Assembly (NCBI GenBank): GCA_964501355.1
Contig: CAZCSM010000001.1
Coordinates: 10,873-74,872 of the forward strand
DNA from: an uncultured Candidatus Saccharibacteria bacterium
Lineage (GTDB): Bacteria > Patescibacteriota > Dojkabacteria > CAZCSM01
Direction: 5' to 3'
Length of the DNA stretch: 64,000 bases
Below the pieces are notes generated by a model. That model was given only the letters and a program-made list of their open reading frames with translations. It did not search any database and was not told where the DNA came from. A program made the translations under genes and the position numbers. Position 1 is the first letter of the stretch. Each line of letters opens with the position of its first letter. This document shows positions 46,482-56,810 of the stretch, piece after piece.

Positions 46482-47231
46482 ATGGAACGAATCATATTAA
46501 AATCGAAGAATAATGAGTCTATACCGCTCTTAATAGCTAAAAAAACAAAAAATAGAATTGCAGTTTTTGTTTCTGGATCTGGTGATGTTAAAGATTCTTT
46601 TCTACCTATCGCTAAACTTTTACTAGATGATACTAAAACTTCACTCCTGAGCTTTTCATTCAGGGGTAGAGAGACAGGCAAATACTACTCTCCCGAACAG
46701 CAAATATTTGATCTTGAAGAAGTCGTTGAATATTTAAAAAAGGAAGGATATAAGAAAATATCATTGATACCAACAAGTATGGGATTCATTTCTGTTGCGA
46801 CAATACTTTCTAAGGATAAGTATTCAGAACTTTGGGGCAACATCTTAATGTTAGATCCTGCTGATTATCCAATTGATCACTCCAGAGGTACTTGGTCTGG
46901 AAACGAGGAATTCAGGACGAACATTGAGCTTTATAGTAATAAGTTAAAATTTATTTATGGTAGCTTTAAAATTTCAGTGATTTTCTTTGGTCTTAGAAAT
47001 TATAATGATAGTTATAAAGACATAACAAATGAAGCAAGAGGTATTGATGATACAACGAAATTTTCTAGGTTAAGTAAAGAAATGAGTACAAATATTTGGA
47101 ATCTAATACCTCAGGAAAATAAAGGAGATTTTATAACTGATAGAAAGTTGCCACATGCTTTTTCAAGAGATGGTGATCCTGTTCAAAATCATAAATTAAT
47201 TGCCAATTATTTTCGCAAATATATTTTATAG
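46482..47231 (+). CDS. Putative alpha/beta-hydrolase fold protein
   Basis: The nucleophile-elbow-like segment is SLIPTSMGF, and the secondary-structure periodicity is typical of the fold. Support is weak. Confidence 0.35.
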   Translation: MERIILKSKNNESIPLLIAKKTKNRIAVFVSGSGDVKDSFLPIAKLLLDDTKTSLLSFSFRGRETGKYYSPEQQIFDLEEVVEYLKKEGYKKISLIPTSMGFISVATILSKDKYSELWGNILMLDPADYPIDHSRGTWSGNEEFRTNIELYSNKLKFIYGSFKISVIFFGLRNYNDSYKDITNEARGIDDTTKFSRLSKEMSTNIWNLIPQENKGDFITDRKLPHAFSRDGDPVQNHKLIANYFRKYIL

Positions 47232-47237
47232 CAATAT

Positions 47238-47777
47238 CTATTTACTTAGACTTAATATCACAAATATTCTTTGTTTGCTGGACATGAATTTGCACGTATA
47301 GATTATTGTTTTACCGCTTAGGCTTGGATTATTATCACTATCAATTATCGAATCAACTTTATACTCGTATTTCTCTCCATTCCAAATAATATAAACATTA
47401 TCACCCTCTTTAAGCTTATCAACATGATAAAGCGTTTGTTTCATTTTTTGGTCTGGTGATAAAGTTGACCATCCGAAACGATGGATTGCAATCAGGTTAG
47501 GGAGATCGTTTGAATCAAATCTTTGCACCCATCCGCCACTATCTAGATTACTTTTGTCAGTACCTATGATCATGTCCACTCCGATTGATGGGATTACCAA
47601 CTTGTTTGCAGTATATACTTCTTGTTTCTCAATTTGTTCAATAACAGCTTTTTCATCAGGTTTATCAATCCTATATTTGATTTCAGGAGAATAAACTTGA
47701 TACAGAATATAAAGTCCTGCAAGTATTCCTAATACTGCTAGGATAAGGATAATTTGTTTAATAATTGTCTTGACCAT
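47238..47777 (-). CDS. Sortase-family transpeptidase (class E-like)
   Basis: There is an N-terminal TM anchor. The motifs are LVIPSIGVD, IAIHRFG (catalytic His), IIYTCKF (TLxTC catalytic Cys) and downstream KQRIFV (Arg). Confidence 0.6.
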   Translation of the reverse strand: MVKTIIKQIILILAVLGILAGLYILYQVYSPEIKYRIDKPDEKAVIEQIEKQEVYTANKLVIPSIGVDMIIGTDKSNLDSGGWVQRFDSNDLPNLIAIHRFGWSTLSPDQKMKQTLYHVDKLKEGDNVYIIWNGEKYEYKVDSIIDSDNNPSLSGKTIIYTCKFMSSKQRIFVILSLSK

Positions 47778-48637
47778 CTGTCTGTTAGTTTTGAAATAAT
47801 AAATTCGGTATTAAGAAATTCCTTAATCTTGTCTCCTGATATACTTTTTACGTTTTCAGCAATTCCTATACCTTTCAGAAGAACATTATTTGATTTAGCA
47901 AATAAACTTCTATCTGATAATGCCTTATCAAAAGTAAAATCATCACTTGCAGTAAGATTACTCATTTGTTCTTCTGACCTTTCTGTTAAGAAAAGAATTG
48001 AGGGAAATGTTTCAAAGTAATTACTCCAATTCCCATAAGCATAATATTCAAAATACCTCATAAACTTCCTTGATAACTGTTCTTTGTCCATATTTCCAGT
48101 ATCGTATTCAAGGAAGAACTCAAATACTCCATTATCCTTTTTGATTTTGAAGTACGAATCAGGGGATAGGATATGCCTGATTGTTTTACCACTTCTTGAT
48201 GATTTGAAAGAGTGTTGATAGAAAGCCTTCTGATCTCCATGCCATTTAATAAGCTTTAAATGAGGGTAATTGGGAAGTTCACATAAAAATTGGTCGTAAA
48301 GTTCAGCGATTTTGACTGTATGCTCAAGCATTGCAAACTGCACTTTCATACCCTCATTAGGAATCCCAATTTCTTTCGAATCAACACCTCTTGCACTTGC
48401 TAAAATATCAGCACCAGTCCTAGTTAAATAAACAACCTTCCAATTATTGCCATAATAAAATGATTTAATATACCCCCTATTCTCAAGCACATTAATTATC
48501 CTGCTAATATTCTGCCTAAAAGCATACAAATTCTCCCTCTTTGCAATTTTTACTAAAACCTTTAATGGTAAGTACCTAAATGAATGTACTATGTCTAGTA
48601 TCTCTATTTGATTGTAAGTTATTCTCATATTTTTCAT
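47738..48637 (-). CDS. Replication-relaxation (Replic_Relax) family protein, putative relaxase/mobilisation protein of the conjugative module
   Basis: The N-terminal wHTH is ITYNQIEILDIVHSFRYLPLKVLVKIA...IINVLENRGYIKSF. The family signature FFLEYDTGNM is present. Confidence 0.55.
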   Translation of the reverse strand: MKNMRITYNQIEILDIVHSFRYLPLKVLVKIAKRENLYAFRQNISRIINVLENRGYIKSFYYGNNWKVVYLTRTGADILASARGVDSKEIGIPNEGMKVQFAMLEHTVKIAELYDQFLCELPNYPHLKLIKWHGDQKAFYQHSFKSSRSGKTIRHILSPDSYFKIKKDNGVFEFFLEYDTGNMDKEQLSRKFMRYFEYYAYGNWSNYFETFPSILFLTERSEEQMSNLTASDDFTFDKALSDRSLFAKSNNVLLKGIGIAENVKSISGDKIKEFLNTEFIISKLTDRWSRQLLNKLSLS

Positions 48638-48718
48638 AGTTTGATTACTGTTCCGCCCGCCGATTCAATCCATCGGATTAGATTAACCAGTACACACACA
48701 GTTAATCGTAGTCGAGGG

Positions 48719-48757
48719 AGTGATTGGGTGGAGTCCGAAGGAGTCCACCCAATCACT
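48719..48757. promoter_or_regulatory. 13-bp perfect inverted repeat (AGTGATTGGGTGG-N13-CCACCCAATCACT); candidate oriT/nic region or operator
   Basis: I read the repeat directly from the sequence. It lies in the 136-bp gap between the coupling-protein gene and the relaxation-protein gene. The spacer contains the agtcc direct repeat. Confidence 0.45.
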
Positions 48758-48773
48758 CATCACCGAGACTGAA

Positions 48774-51467
48774 TCAGGCGGAAGTAACAGCCTTTTTATC
48801 ATATTTAATTAAATTATCTAGTTTGATGCTTCTGGCTTCTTTACTGCACCCAGTCTGCACCTTCTTGGATTCCTCAAATTTACAACCCTTTTCAATCCAA
48901 TCTCTTCTAAACTTTATCTCTTTCTCAATATCTGATTTTGTCCTACCAAGCTTTTCATAAGTATCTGAAATATATTTGTTTATTAATTCTTCTGAGTGAC
49001 TTGCATCTCGCTCTCTTGGGACATAAATTGAAAAAACATCTTCACCTGCTTTTACATTTGCATGAAATTCAGGAATCTCCATAACTTCCTGTTCAAGCAC
49101 TTTACCTTGCAAGTCTTTAGACACCATCATGCAGTCTTCAAGTCCGCATCTGTAATAAATCTTGTTTTTTACATTACCCATAACAGAATGAAACACATCA
49201 TCAGGAAGTTGCTGAAAAAACTGATGTGCAATTATCAATTCAAGCTTAAACTTTCGTGCTTCAGATAATGCTTGAGAAAAATCAGAACTGGCAAAGTTTT
49301 GAAACTCGTCTGCATATACTGTAAATGGTTTTCTGTAACCTTGAACGATTCTTTTAGCTTCAAACCAGACTTTAGCAATTAACATTGAACCAAGTAAGCT
49401 CATTCCTTCCTCACCAATATTTTTCGAAGACAAATTAACAAGCAGTAGTTTTGAGTTTTTAATGATATCTGCAAAATCAACAGAACTTTGTGATTGACCA
49501 AATGTATAGATTAAAATTCCTGTAAGTATTTGAGAGAGTTTATTGTCAAAACCCTGCCTTATTTCCTGCCAGTTTTTTGATTCGGAATAATTTGGAAGTG
49601 TATCTTCCCAAAACGACCTCAAGCCCTCATATCTATCAAATTCAATGAAGTTTTTAATCTCCTGAGCAAACTCACTATCGAAAATAATGTTTCGAACCTC
49701 TACTAAAGTTGGTGCATGAACTTTCATAAAGTTAATCGCCTCGGTTGTATTCCCTTTCTTTTTTATCCATTCATTTTGAAAAATCATTAATGTTTTCATG
49801 GCGTTTAGAATCATAGGTTTTCCTGTTGTACCCATTCCTGCATCAGGACTTATCCTTCTAATCAATTTTTCAATGAGCTTGTAATTTGAGTCAACAACAA
49901 GGTCAATCTCTCTTTCGCTCATTCCAACAGCATAAAGGGGATTAAAACCAAAAAAATAATCTTCACTTCGTGTATCCCATGCAATTATCTTTTTTGATTC
50001 CTGAAAATTGTTAGGAAGTCTTTGAAGTATTTCCATAAAAAAATCTTCATGAGGATCCATAAGGATTAACCCTCGTTTATTGCCTTTAATCAGGTTATTA
50101 TCGATATCCTGCAATATAAAATTTTTTAGTACTGTAGACTTACCTGTACCAGTCTGACCTGTAATAACTATGTGCCTTTTACGATTTTCTAATGGTAAAT
50201 AGACCTTGTACTGCTTTTCATGAGTATTGTTTATTCCAAGTAGTAGATCGTCTTTACTTAGTCTTGATCTATAATGCTTTTTTGCAGGAATATCTGGTGT
50301 TATAAAGTGATCAATTGAAGGATCATTAATAAGTCTTGGAAGGTGGTAGAGCATTGAAATTTCCCTTGATGATAAAGTACCTTGTGCTGTAAATATTTCT
50401 TTATAAAATGGAAATAGTTTATCTTCAGGGTACAAAAATCTATTGACTACATCATCGAATCGATCAACAGACTTTCTTACTAATCTATTTTGGGTCTCGC
50501 TTTTCATTGATTCTAGAGCCTGTTCTACTGCATCAAGTTTTTCTTTACTTTCGCTTCCTTCAGCAATTACCCTAATGTAACTAGAAAACGATGTTTTATA
50601 TTTTTCATCCATCAAACTGTAAAAGCTTTGTAATTCTTCTTTATCAACAAATATCTTTCTTGGATCACTATCGGGGAGTGCTATAACTGGATCAAGCATA
50701 TTCTGTTTGTTAGAAAAAGACTTTGTTATTTCGGAAAGCAATCTAGTTACTAAGAAGGGCAAAATAGGAATTAAATACAGAAAATACACTTCAAAATGTG
50801 AAAGAAATACATTAAACCAAGTAACTTCTTTCTTAAGCAGTCTGAAATTTTCTTTTGCCATTCTAAGTGCCTCTTTATCAAGCCTTTTAGGGCTTAAAAC
50901 TAACTGAAATAACACTTTGTTATTACTTTCCATTCCTGATAATGCTGTCAAAATATCCTGAACTGGATCCATACTTTCAAAATCTCTTACATCCATTAGG
51001 GTGTAAACATCGTTCTTCAATGATTTGTATTCGTTTATTACTGAATAATTCTTTTTAAAGCAATGTATAGGGTCATTTTCAAATGATTTGATCTGAACCC
51101 TCTCCTTATAGGTGCTGTAAAGATTTAGCTTTACCAAGTCCTGCATTTGTTTTGTAGGAGTCCAAATAAGAAACTGTATTCCAGAGTCATCAGCAAATAT
51201 TTCAAAGGAAATTCTATTTTTCTTAACTGCGGCAGTCAGATTATCAATAAATCTTTGAAGTGAGAATCGCTCTCCCTGTTTAGTGTTTGCATCTACAAGA
51301 GAATACTTTGGAGGAATAATTTGCACTAAAAATCCTTTTCGAACCTTTGCCTTTTGTCTCGTTATTATCAGTAAAATGAAATATCTAATAGCCATAAATA
51401 GGTTGATTACCAACGAAACGATAATAAACATCAATATTCTTTTGTCGTGTAATATGTTCTCAATCAT
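48774..51467 (-). CDS. Type IV secretion coupling protein-like ATPase (VirD4/TraG/TcpA-like)
   Basis: There are N-terminal TM helices. Walker A is VITGQTGTGKST. The Walker B-like segment is FTVYADEFQNF. The length is 897 aa, and the gene sits in the T4SS operon. Confidence 0.6.
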   Translation of the reverse strand: MIENILHDKRILMFIIVSLVINLFMAIRYFILLIITRQKAKVRKGFLVQIIPPKYSLVDANTKQGERFSLQRFIDNLTAAVKKNRISFEIFADDSGIQFLIWTPTKQMQDLVKLNLYSTYKERVQIKSFENDPIHCFKKNYSVINEYKSLKNDVYTLMDVRDFESMDPVQDILTALSGMESNNKVLFQLVLSPKRLDKEALRMAKENFRLLKKEVTWFNVFLSHFEVYFLYLIPILPFLVTRLLSEITKSFSNKQNMLDPVIALPDSDPRKIFVDKEELQSFYSLMDEKYKTSFSSYIRVIAEGSESKEKLDAVEQALESMKSETQNRLVRKSVDRFDDVVNRFLYPEDKLFPFYKEIFTAQGTLSSREISMLYHLPRLINDPSIDHFITPDIPAKKHYRSRLSKDDLLLGINNTHEKQYKVYLPLENRKRHIVITGQTGTGKSTVLKNFILQDIDNNLIKGNKRGLILMDPHEDFFMEILQRLPNNFQESKKIIAWDTRSEDYFFGFNPLYAVGMSEREIDLVVDSNYKLIEKLIRRISPDAGMGTTGKPMILNAMKTLMIFQNEWIKKKGNTTEAINFMKVHAPTLVEVRNIIFDSEFAQEIKNFIEFDRYEGLRSFWEDTLPNYSESKNWQEIRQGFDNKLSQILTGILIYTFGQSQSSVDFADIIKNSKLLLVNLSSKNIGEEGMSLLGSMLIAKVWFEAKRIVQGYRKPFTVYADEFQNFASSDFSQALSEARKFKLELIIAHQFFQQLPDDVFHSVMGNVKNKIYYRCGLEDCMMVSKDLQGKVLEQEVMEIPEFHANVKAGEDVFSIYVPRERDASHSEELINKYISDTYEKLGRTKSDIEKEIKFRRDWIEKGCKFEESKKVQTGCSKEARSIKLDNLIKYDKKAVTSA

Positions 51468-52318
51468 AAATGTGTTTTAGATATAAAGTTTTCCTTAAAT
51501 TTACTTATCATTTCCTGATACTTTTCCTGCTTTTGTTTTTCATCATTCTTCTGCATTAGTTTCTTTAAAACAGACACAAACCAACTTGCTGGATTTCTCA
51601 AGAATGAAGTACCATCTACTTGATCGGTACGAATCATTCTTCTAGTGTCATTTAATGCAGATTGAATATCTTCGTCTTTAATTTCACCACGATTTTTAAG
51701 ATTAATAATCTTTTGATAGTATTTAATGCTTTTCTCATCATTTAATTCCTGAGCTATTGCTACTGCTTCTGTATCAAAAGTATTTAAACTCTCGTTGTCG
51801 TTGTCTTGAGGTGAGCTTGGTTCCACCGAGTCACCACGAGGTGTCGAACCTAACGTTAACGGCTTTTTATATTCTTTCTTCTTATATTCAACTTCTTCTA
51901 TTAAGTTCACACTCGGATGTGATTCTTGATTTACATCGGAGTGTGATTCTGGACTTACACTCGAGTGTGCATCCAGAGGTTCGACAGCATACCTTTTAAC
52001 TTTTGAAATTGGGTTGATGTAGTAAATATTTGTTTGGTTTAAGCCTCTTTGCTTCCAACTAATAAGACCGTATTCTTTAAGTTCTTTTAAATGTTTAATT
52101 ATTGTATTTCTATGGACTGACAGGTCATTTGCTAGTCTGTCCTGCCCGGGAAAACAACTCCCTTTTTGCCAAGCATAATCAAGTAAAAGTGCAAATATAA
52201 CCTTTGCCTGCATTGTTAAATGAGGATTTTTCAACACCATTCTTGGAATAGCAGTAAAACCTTGTTTAAGGCTTTTATCCAAAATTTGAATTGTGTCTTT
52301 TTCTTTTACTTGTTTCAT
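51464..52318 (-). CDS. HTH_36-type winged-helix protein (RepA_N/replication-initiator-like or regulator)
   Basis: FTAIPRMVLKNPHLTMQAKVIFALLLDYAWQKGSCFPGQDRLANDLSVHRNTIIKHLKELKEYGLI matches the HTH_36 pattern. The acidic low-complexity linker contains nucleotide direct repeats. Confidence 0.5.
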   Translation of the reverse strand: MKQVKEKDTIQILDKSLKQGFTAIPRMVLKNPHLTMQAKVIFALLLDYAWQKGSCFPGQDRLANDLSVHRNTIIKHLKELKEYGLISWKQRGLNQTNIYYINPISKVKRYAVEPLDAHSSVSPESHSDVNQESHPSVNLIEEVEYKKKEYKKPLTLGSTPRGDSVEPSSPQDNDNESLNTFDTEAVAIAQELNDEKSIKYYQKIINLKNRGEIKDEDIQSALNDTRRMIRTDQVDGTSFLRNPASWFVSVLKKLMQKNDEKQKQEKYQEMISKFKENFISKTHL

Positions 52319-53364
52319 AAACCACTTGGAAATAAAAATGGAGTAGGATCAATGTTGTTCCATCCTCCTGAACTATTCTTCTCATAAAGTCCTATATGCG
52401 TATGAACACCTGTAGAAAACCCTGTACTACCCATAAAACAAATTGGATCTCCATACTTAACTGTTGACTGGTCTTGGGCTATAAATGCACTACAATGACA
52501 GTACAGCACTCGGTAATAATCGTTTGTAATGTAAGAACACAATGCACCATTTCCATCCTTAAAGTTTTCAACTTTACCTGCAATAATTGTTCTATTTATT
52601 GCATCAGTTGAACCTTTACCCGGATTTTCCTGATACCACTTACCTGATGGCACAAGATCAATTCCCTTATGAACGTGCTTATATCCATCAATAATCCTTA
52701 CCACGTTATATCCTGATGTTACCGTTATTAAATCAGCACGATTTAGCCCAACAGGATTTCCATAGGGTATATACAAAAGACCAACATACATCTGGTACTG
52801 CTCATAGACTTCTTCTTTTTTGGGGTAGCTATAAGCGTAAATTTTTGTTTTTGCATCTCCTTGAGTTTGAGAAAGGATATTTGATAATGTGAAGTAGTTA
52901 TCGCAAAGATCCCCTTCAATTATTTCGTCATTTTCATTACCATCAGTTTTATACTTTTCCCAATCACTTTCTGTTATTTCCAGAAAACCTATTCCATTGC
53001 CTCTATGAGTACCATCAAAGTCTGCAACTACTTTTCCGTATGAAGCAATAAGTTCATATTCCTGATTAAATTTTCTACTCGATTTATCTATACACTCTTT
53101 ATGATCCTCTGGAATTTCATCAAGTATTCCTCTGTAACCCGCAAGTACCTGATAGGCAATAGATTCAAGAGCAAATATCGCAAAAATAAAGATAACTACA
53201 CAGGCAATAATTATTTTGTATTTGTTCTTCCAGATAATATTTACAAGTATTGGGCCAACAACAGGAGCGACTTTGTTTGAAGCAATACCAATAGCATCTC
53301 CTACAAGACTGTCTCCAACTTCAACTGCATTTTTTGTTTTATTTAAGACTTTATTTTCTTCCAC
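52315..53364 (-). CDS. M23-family peptidase (LytM domain), T4SS-associated cell-wall hydrolase
   Basis: There is an N-terminal TM helix. The motifs are HKGIDLV and GSTGFSTGVHTHIGLY (HxH). Confidence 0.7.
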   Translation of the reverse strand: MEENKVLNKTKNAVEVGDSLVGDAIGIASNKVAPVVGPILVNIIWKNKYKIIIACVVIFIFAIFALESIAYQVLAGYRGILDEIPEDHKECIDKSSRKFNQEYELIASYGKVVADFDGTHRGNGIGFLEITESDWEKYKTDGNENDEIIEGDLCDNYFTLSNILSQTQGDAKTKIYAYSYPKKEEVYEQYQMYVGLLYIPYGNPVGLNRADLITVTSGYNVVRIIDGYKHVHKGIDLVPSGKWYQENPGKGSTDAINRTIIAGKVENFKDGNGALCSYITNDYYRVLYCHCSAFIAQDQSTVKYGDPICFMGSTGFSTGVHTHIGLYEKNSSGGWNNIDPTPFLFPSGL

Positions 53365-54218
53365 TAATGAACAGTTGTTGAAAAATTAGAATTAACAGTA
53401 AGACCGTCTTTTGAGACTCTAATACTTCCTGATACTTGACCTTTATTTCCTACTGGTACTGTAAAGCTGACTGATGAACCACCATTTGAATTTGAAGAAG
53501 GTAGATTGTAATTAGCACTTCCTGACTGCCAATTTACAGTTACAGATCCATTTGCACCGCTTACAGGACTTCCATTTTGATCTTTAACAGAACAATCGAG
53601 AGTTACAGTTTGACCTACAAATGGCTGAGTATTGGTAATTGAACAATAAAGCTTTAGTCCAGTTATCGGCTGTGGTTGAGGTTCTGGATCGGGTTTGGGT
53701 TCTGGTTTAATTTCAGGTTGAACAATTGGTTTAATATTCTCGTCATTTTTAGGTGTTTCGGTTTTTTCTTCCGCTTTTGGTTCTTCCTGTTTTTCTTCTT
53801 CTCTAATTACAGAGATACTTTTTTCCTTGTTATCTCCTTTTAAATTTTCAACTTTTGCAATAATTTCATTTTTACCGACAATCAGATCAATCTTCCTTTC
53901 AAAAAATCCTTCAGGGCTAACATCTACATCCTGTCCGTTTATCCAAGCCTTATTATCAATATTTGTAAGATAAACAATTGTGATAACTGATTCTTTTGTA
54001 GTGTAGCCATCTGTTAAATTTTGAATTTCTAGAGTTATCTCTGAATGTTCATCAATTTCAGTATTATCCGTAACTGTTTCAGGCGTTGCTTCTTTAAAGT
54101 TGAATCCTCCTTTTAGATAAATCTCGACTGATAAAGAAATAGCAAATAAAACAAGAACTATTCCTGTTAAGAAAATGTACCCATGTTTTAAGTTTTTCTC
54201 ATCATTTACTTTTTTCAT
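53364..54218 (-). CDS. Membrane-anchored protein with Pro/Glu-rich linker and C-terminal Ig-like domain (T4SS accessory, function unknown)
   Basis: The TM helix is YIFLTGIVLVLFAISLSV. A PEPKPDPEPQPQP linker is present, and the C-terminus is beta-rich. Confidence 0.4.
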   Translation of the reverse strand: MKKVNDEKNLKHGYIFLTGIVLVLFAISLSVEIYLKGGFNFKEATPETVTDNTEIDEHSEITLEIQNLTDGYTTKESVITIVYLTNIDNKAWINGQDVDVSPEGFFERKIDLIVGKNEIIAKVENLKGDNKEKSISVIREEEKQEEPKAEEKTETPKNDENIKPIVQPEIKPEPKPDPEPQPQPITGLKLYCSITNTQPFVGQTVTLDCSVKDQNGSPVSGANGSVTVNWQSGSANYNLPSSNSNGGSSVSFTVPVGNKGQVSGSIRVSKDGLTVNSNFSTTVH

Positions 54219-56052
54219 CTTGTCTTGACTTGTCCATTTTTGCTAAATCCTCAGCACTTGAAGAATAAAGCCTTCTTTCATGAGGAGTCGCGTAAATAAA
54301 AATATGACTGTGAGTATTTCCTTTAATAAACAAAGCCTGTCCTTTTGTAAGCCTTGTTATATAGTCTTTTTCGATATCTGATAAATCAAATGCTTTTACT
54401 AAACTCGGTACTGATTGCTTCTTTTGGGCAAGTATCAAAGCAGTATCGGCGTTTTTGGCAATTACACTTCCTTGAGGACTTTTTAGAAAATCATCAACAT
54501 CTTGAGATATACAAATAACTCCCAAGTTATACTTTCTACCTCGCCTTACTAAATCTTCAATAAAATTAGCTGATGATTCTTCTTTCAAAAGCAGATGTGC
54601 TTCATCAATAATAAGAATTTTGCGTTTTCTATTTGATAAAACCTTTTGCCAAATAAAGTTAGAAAGATAATAAATTGAAGCCTGTTTTTCTTGATCAGGA
54701 ACTTTTTGAATATTGAAAACAACCATTGGTGAGTCAAAATTAACATCACTAGTGGAAGGATTGTCATAAAGATCGCCAAGTTCTCCTTTTTTAGAGTATT
54801 CAAGCAGTTCTACAGCAATTCGTTTTCCTTCTTTCCCTTCTTTCTCAAAACTTTTTATTAGATCCGTAATAGTTGGAGCAGGTTTTGAATATGTTTTAAG
54901 ATCATCAAGCAAAATACCTTTCTGGTTATATGTATTATTAACAGCTTTGCTTACAATTCCTCTGTTATATACTCGTTCTGAGAGCCATATTTTAAGAAGT
55001 CCTTTGACTACTCCAAGATGGGTTCTCATTACTTCTTTTGAATCTACTTTGCTTGAAAAGAACTCAAGAGGATTTACTTTTGTTTTACTTTCAGGATTAA
55101 TGTCAATATTTGTTCCACCGACATAATCGCAAAGAGCTTTAAACTCTCCTTCAGGATCAATAACATAAACATTAATACCTCTAAAAAGACTTCTGTAAGC
55201 TTCCAGTTTTGCAGAAAAACTCTTTCCTGCACCTGATGTAGCAAATATGATTCCATTGTAATTTTTTGATTGTTTAGAGAACCTGTCAAAGCGAATTTTT
55301 TCACCTCCAATAGTTATTCCGTAAAATATTCCATCAAGATCATTAAGTGTTGCTGTGGTGAAAGGAAGCGATGAGGAAACATTAGAACTTGTCAGGTAAA
55401 ACTCCTCGTTTACATAATCAACTCCTGATGGCAAAAAAGACTCAATTCCTTCTCTCTGCTTATATGCAAGAGGATAAAGTTTTAACTGTTTTGCATATGC
55501 TAAATCTTTTAATGCTTTATCGCTTTTAGAAAGTTTTGACTGATTCGAAGCAGACAGCTTTATATACATAGTCATGGAATAAATTTTTTCCACTCCACGC
55601 ACAATTGCATCTTCAATAGATTTTGCATCAGTAATTGCCTGCTCAAGATCAACTGTATGAAGTTTTCCTTTTTCAGTTTTATCAAAGTATTGGGCTGATA
55701 GATTAACAATTCTGTTTCGTAGACCTGACAAAGCCTTTTGTGGATCAATTGGTTTAACAAACTGGTTTAGAATTATTGGTTCGCTGTAATTTGTTAGGTC
55801 ATAAAGCCAGTTTGGATAAATAATCTGAGGAAATTCAGAAATAATATAAGTTTCAATAATGCCATCTCCAAGATCAATAAATCTTCCTTTGTTCTGAAAT
55901 TCAAAGACAAGATTATCATCAGGGGAAAGCTTTGCTATCTCCTGCTTTCTTATTCCTTCCTTGATAAATTCACGACCCTTATAATCAATCTCGTGATTAA
56001 AATCTTCTAAAGCCCATTTCGATTGTTTGAAAAAGTATGTAACAAAACTCAT
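54202..56052 (-). CDS. VirB4-like conjugal transfer ATPase (TraE/PrgJ/TcpF-type)
   Basis: Walker A is IIFATSGAGKSFSAKLEAY. Walker B is ILIIDEAHLLL. The position after a VirB3-like gene is typical. Confidence 0.65.
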   Translation of the reverse strand: MSFVTYFFKQSKWALEDFNHEIDYKGREFIKEGIRKQEIAKLSPDDNLVFEFQNKGRFIDLGDGIIETYIISEFPQIIYPNWLYDLTNYSEPIILNQFVKPIDPQKALSGLRNRIVNLSAQYFDKTEKGKLHTVDLEQAITDAKSIEDAIVRGVEKIYSMTMYIKLSASNQSKLSKSDKALKDLAYAKQLKLYPLAYKQREGIESFLPSGVDYVNEEFYLTSSNVSSSLPFTTATLNDLDGIFYGITIGGEKIRFDRFSKQSKNYNGIIFATSGAGKSFSAKLEAYRSLFRGINVYVIDPEGEFKALCDYVGGTNIDINPESKTKVNPLEFFSSKVDSKEVMRTHLGVVKGLLKIWLSERVYNRGIVSKAVNNTYNQKGILLDDLKTYSKPAPTITDLIKSFEKEGKEGKRIAVELLEYSKKGELGDLYDNPSTSDVNFDSPMVVFNIQKVPDQEKQASIYYLSNFIWQKVLSNRKRKILIIDEAHLLLKEESSANFIEDLVRRGRKYNLGVICISQDVDDFLKSPQGSVIAKNADTALILAQKKQSVPSLVKAFDLSDIEKDYITRLTKGQALFIKGNTHSHIFIYATPHERRLYSSSAEDLAKMDKSRQDEKSK

Positions 56053-56810
56053 TTATGTTTTTCTAAAATAAGATTAGAAAGGTTTAATATCTCCTGAGTT
56101 GATAATTGAATCAGTTTCACTTTTGTTTGTTCCAAAAGCTTCCCGAATGAATTCTCTTGATCCTCTAGTTTTCTTTTTGCATCATCTAGTCCTTTTGCAT
56201 AAGCAGTGAGTACCATATAGAAGCTTCTTTCCATTGTTTGAGTTAAATCCTGATATTCAAGGAGATACTCTTTGCATCTTTTTTGAAGTATTCCTGATAA
56301 ATTCCTATACCGAATGATTTCAGTTGCAAGGCTTTTATCTTGAGTTGAAAACTTCTGAACAGTAACTATTTGGATTTGATTTTTAAGAGCAAAAAGAGCC
56401 TGTTGAAGATACTTCTTAAATGCAAATATTTCTTCTTCACTACTCATTGAAAGATTTATCGGTTCAATAAGAAATACTTTTGAATATTGGCTATCGGAAA
56501 CAATCACAATTCCTTCTGAAACATCTTTACCAAGAGCAATTCTTTGTTTCTTTTTTGAAAACAAAAACCTGAACATATCCATAATAAATAGATGAAGGGG
56601 TCTCCCATATACATCAAAAAGAAATGGTAAAAGCAAAGTACCGATTACAAGCTCTCCAAGTATTTTTTGATCAACTATTGAAAGATAAGGGGTTGTCCAG
56701 ACGATGAAAGACAGTCCTATACCGATAAACAGCAAAAAGTTCCTTCTGCTTAAAACAATTGAAAGAAGCCCTGTATCCTTATTTAGTTTTGGCGGTACTA
56801 TTTCCTGCAT
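56049..56810 (-). CDS. VirB3-like small membrane protein (PrgI/TcpE-like) with C-terminal coiled-coil extension
   Basis: There are two N-terminal TM helices (FLLFIGIGLSFIVW; LVIGTLLLPFLFDV). It sits immediately upstream of the VirB4-like gene with a 4-bp overlap. Confidence 0.4.
   Translation of the reverse strand: MQEIVPPKLNKDTGLLSIVLSRRNFLLFIGIGLSFIVWTTPYLSIVDQKILGELVIGTLLLPFLFDVYGRPLHLFIMDMFRFLFSKKKQRIALGKDVSEGIVIVSDSQYSKVFLIEPINLSMSSEEEIFAFKKYLQQALFALKNQIQIVTVQKFSTQDKSLATEIIRYRNLSGILQKRCKEYLLEYQDLTQTMERSFYMVLTAYAKGLDDAKRKLEDQENSFGKLLEQTKVKLIQLSTQEILNLSNLILEKHK

Noticed and set aside
48724-48960. Plus-strand 78-aa ORF spanning the palindrome and the end of the VirD4 gene
   Set aside because: It starts inside the perfect inverted repeat and runs antisense to the coupling-protein gene. 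It is an artefact of the palindromic sequence.
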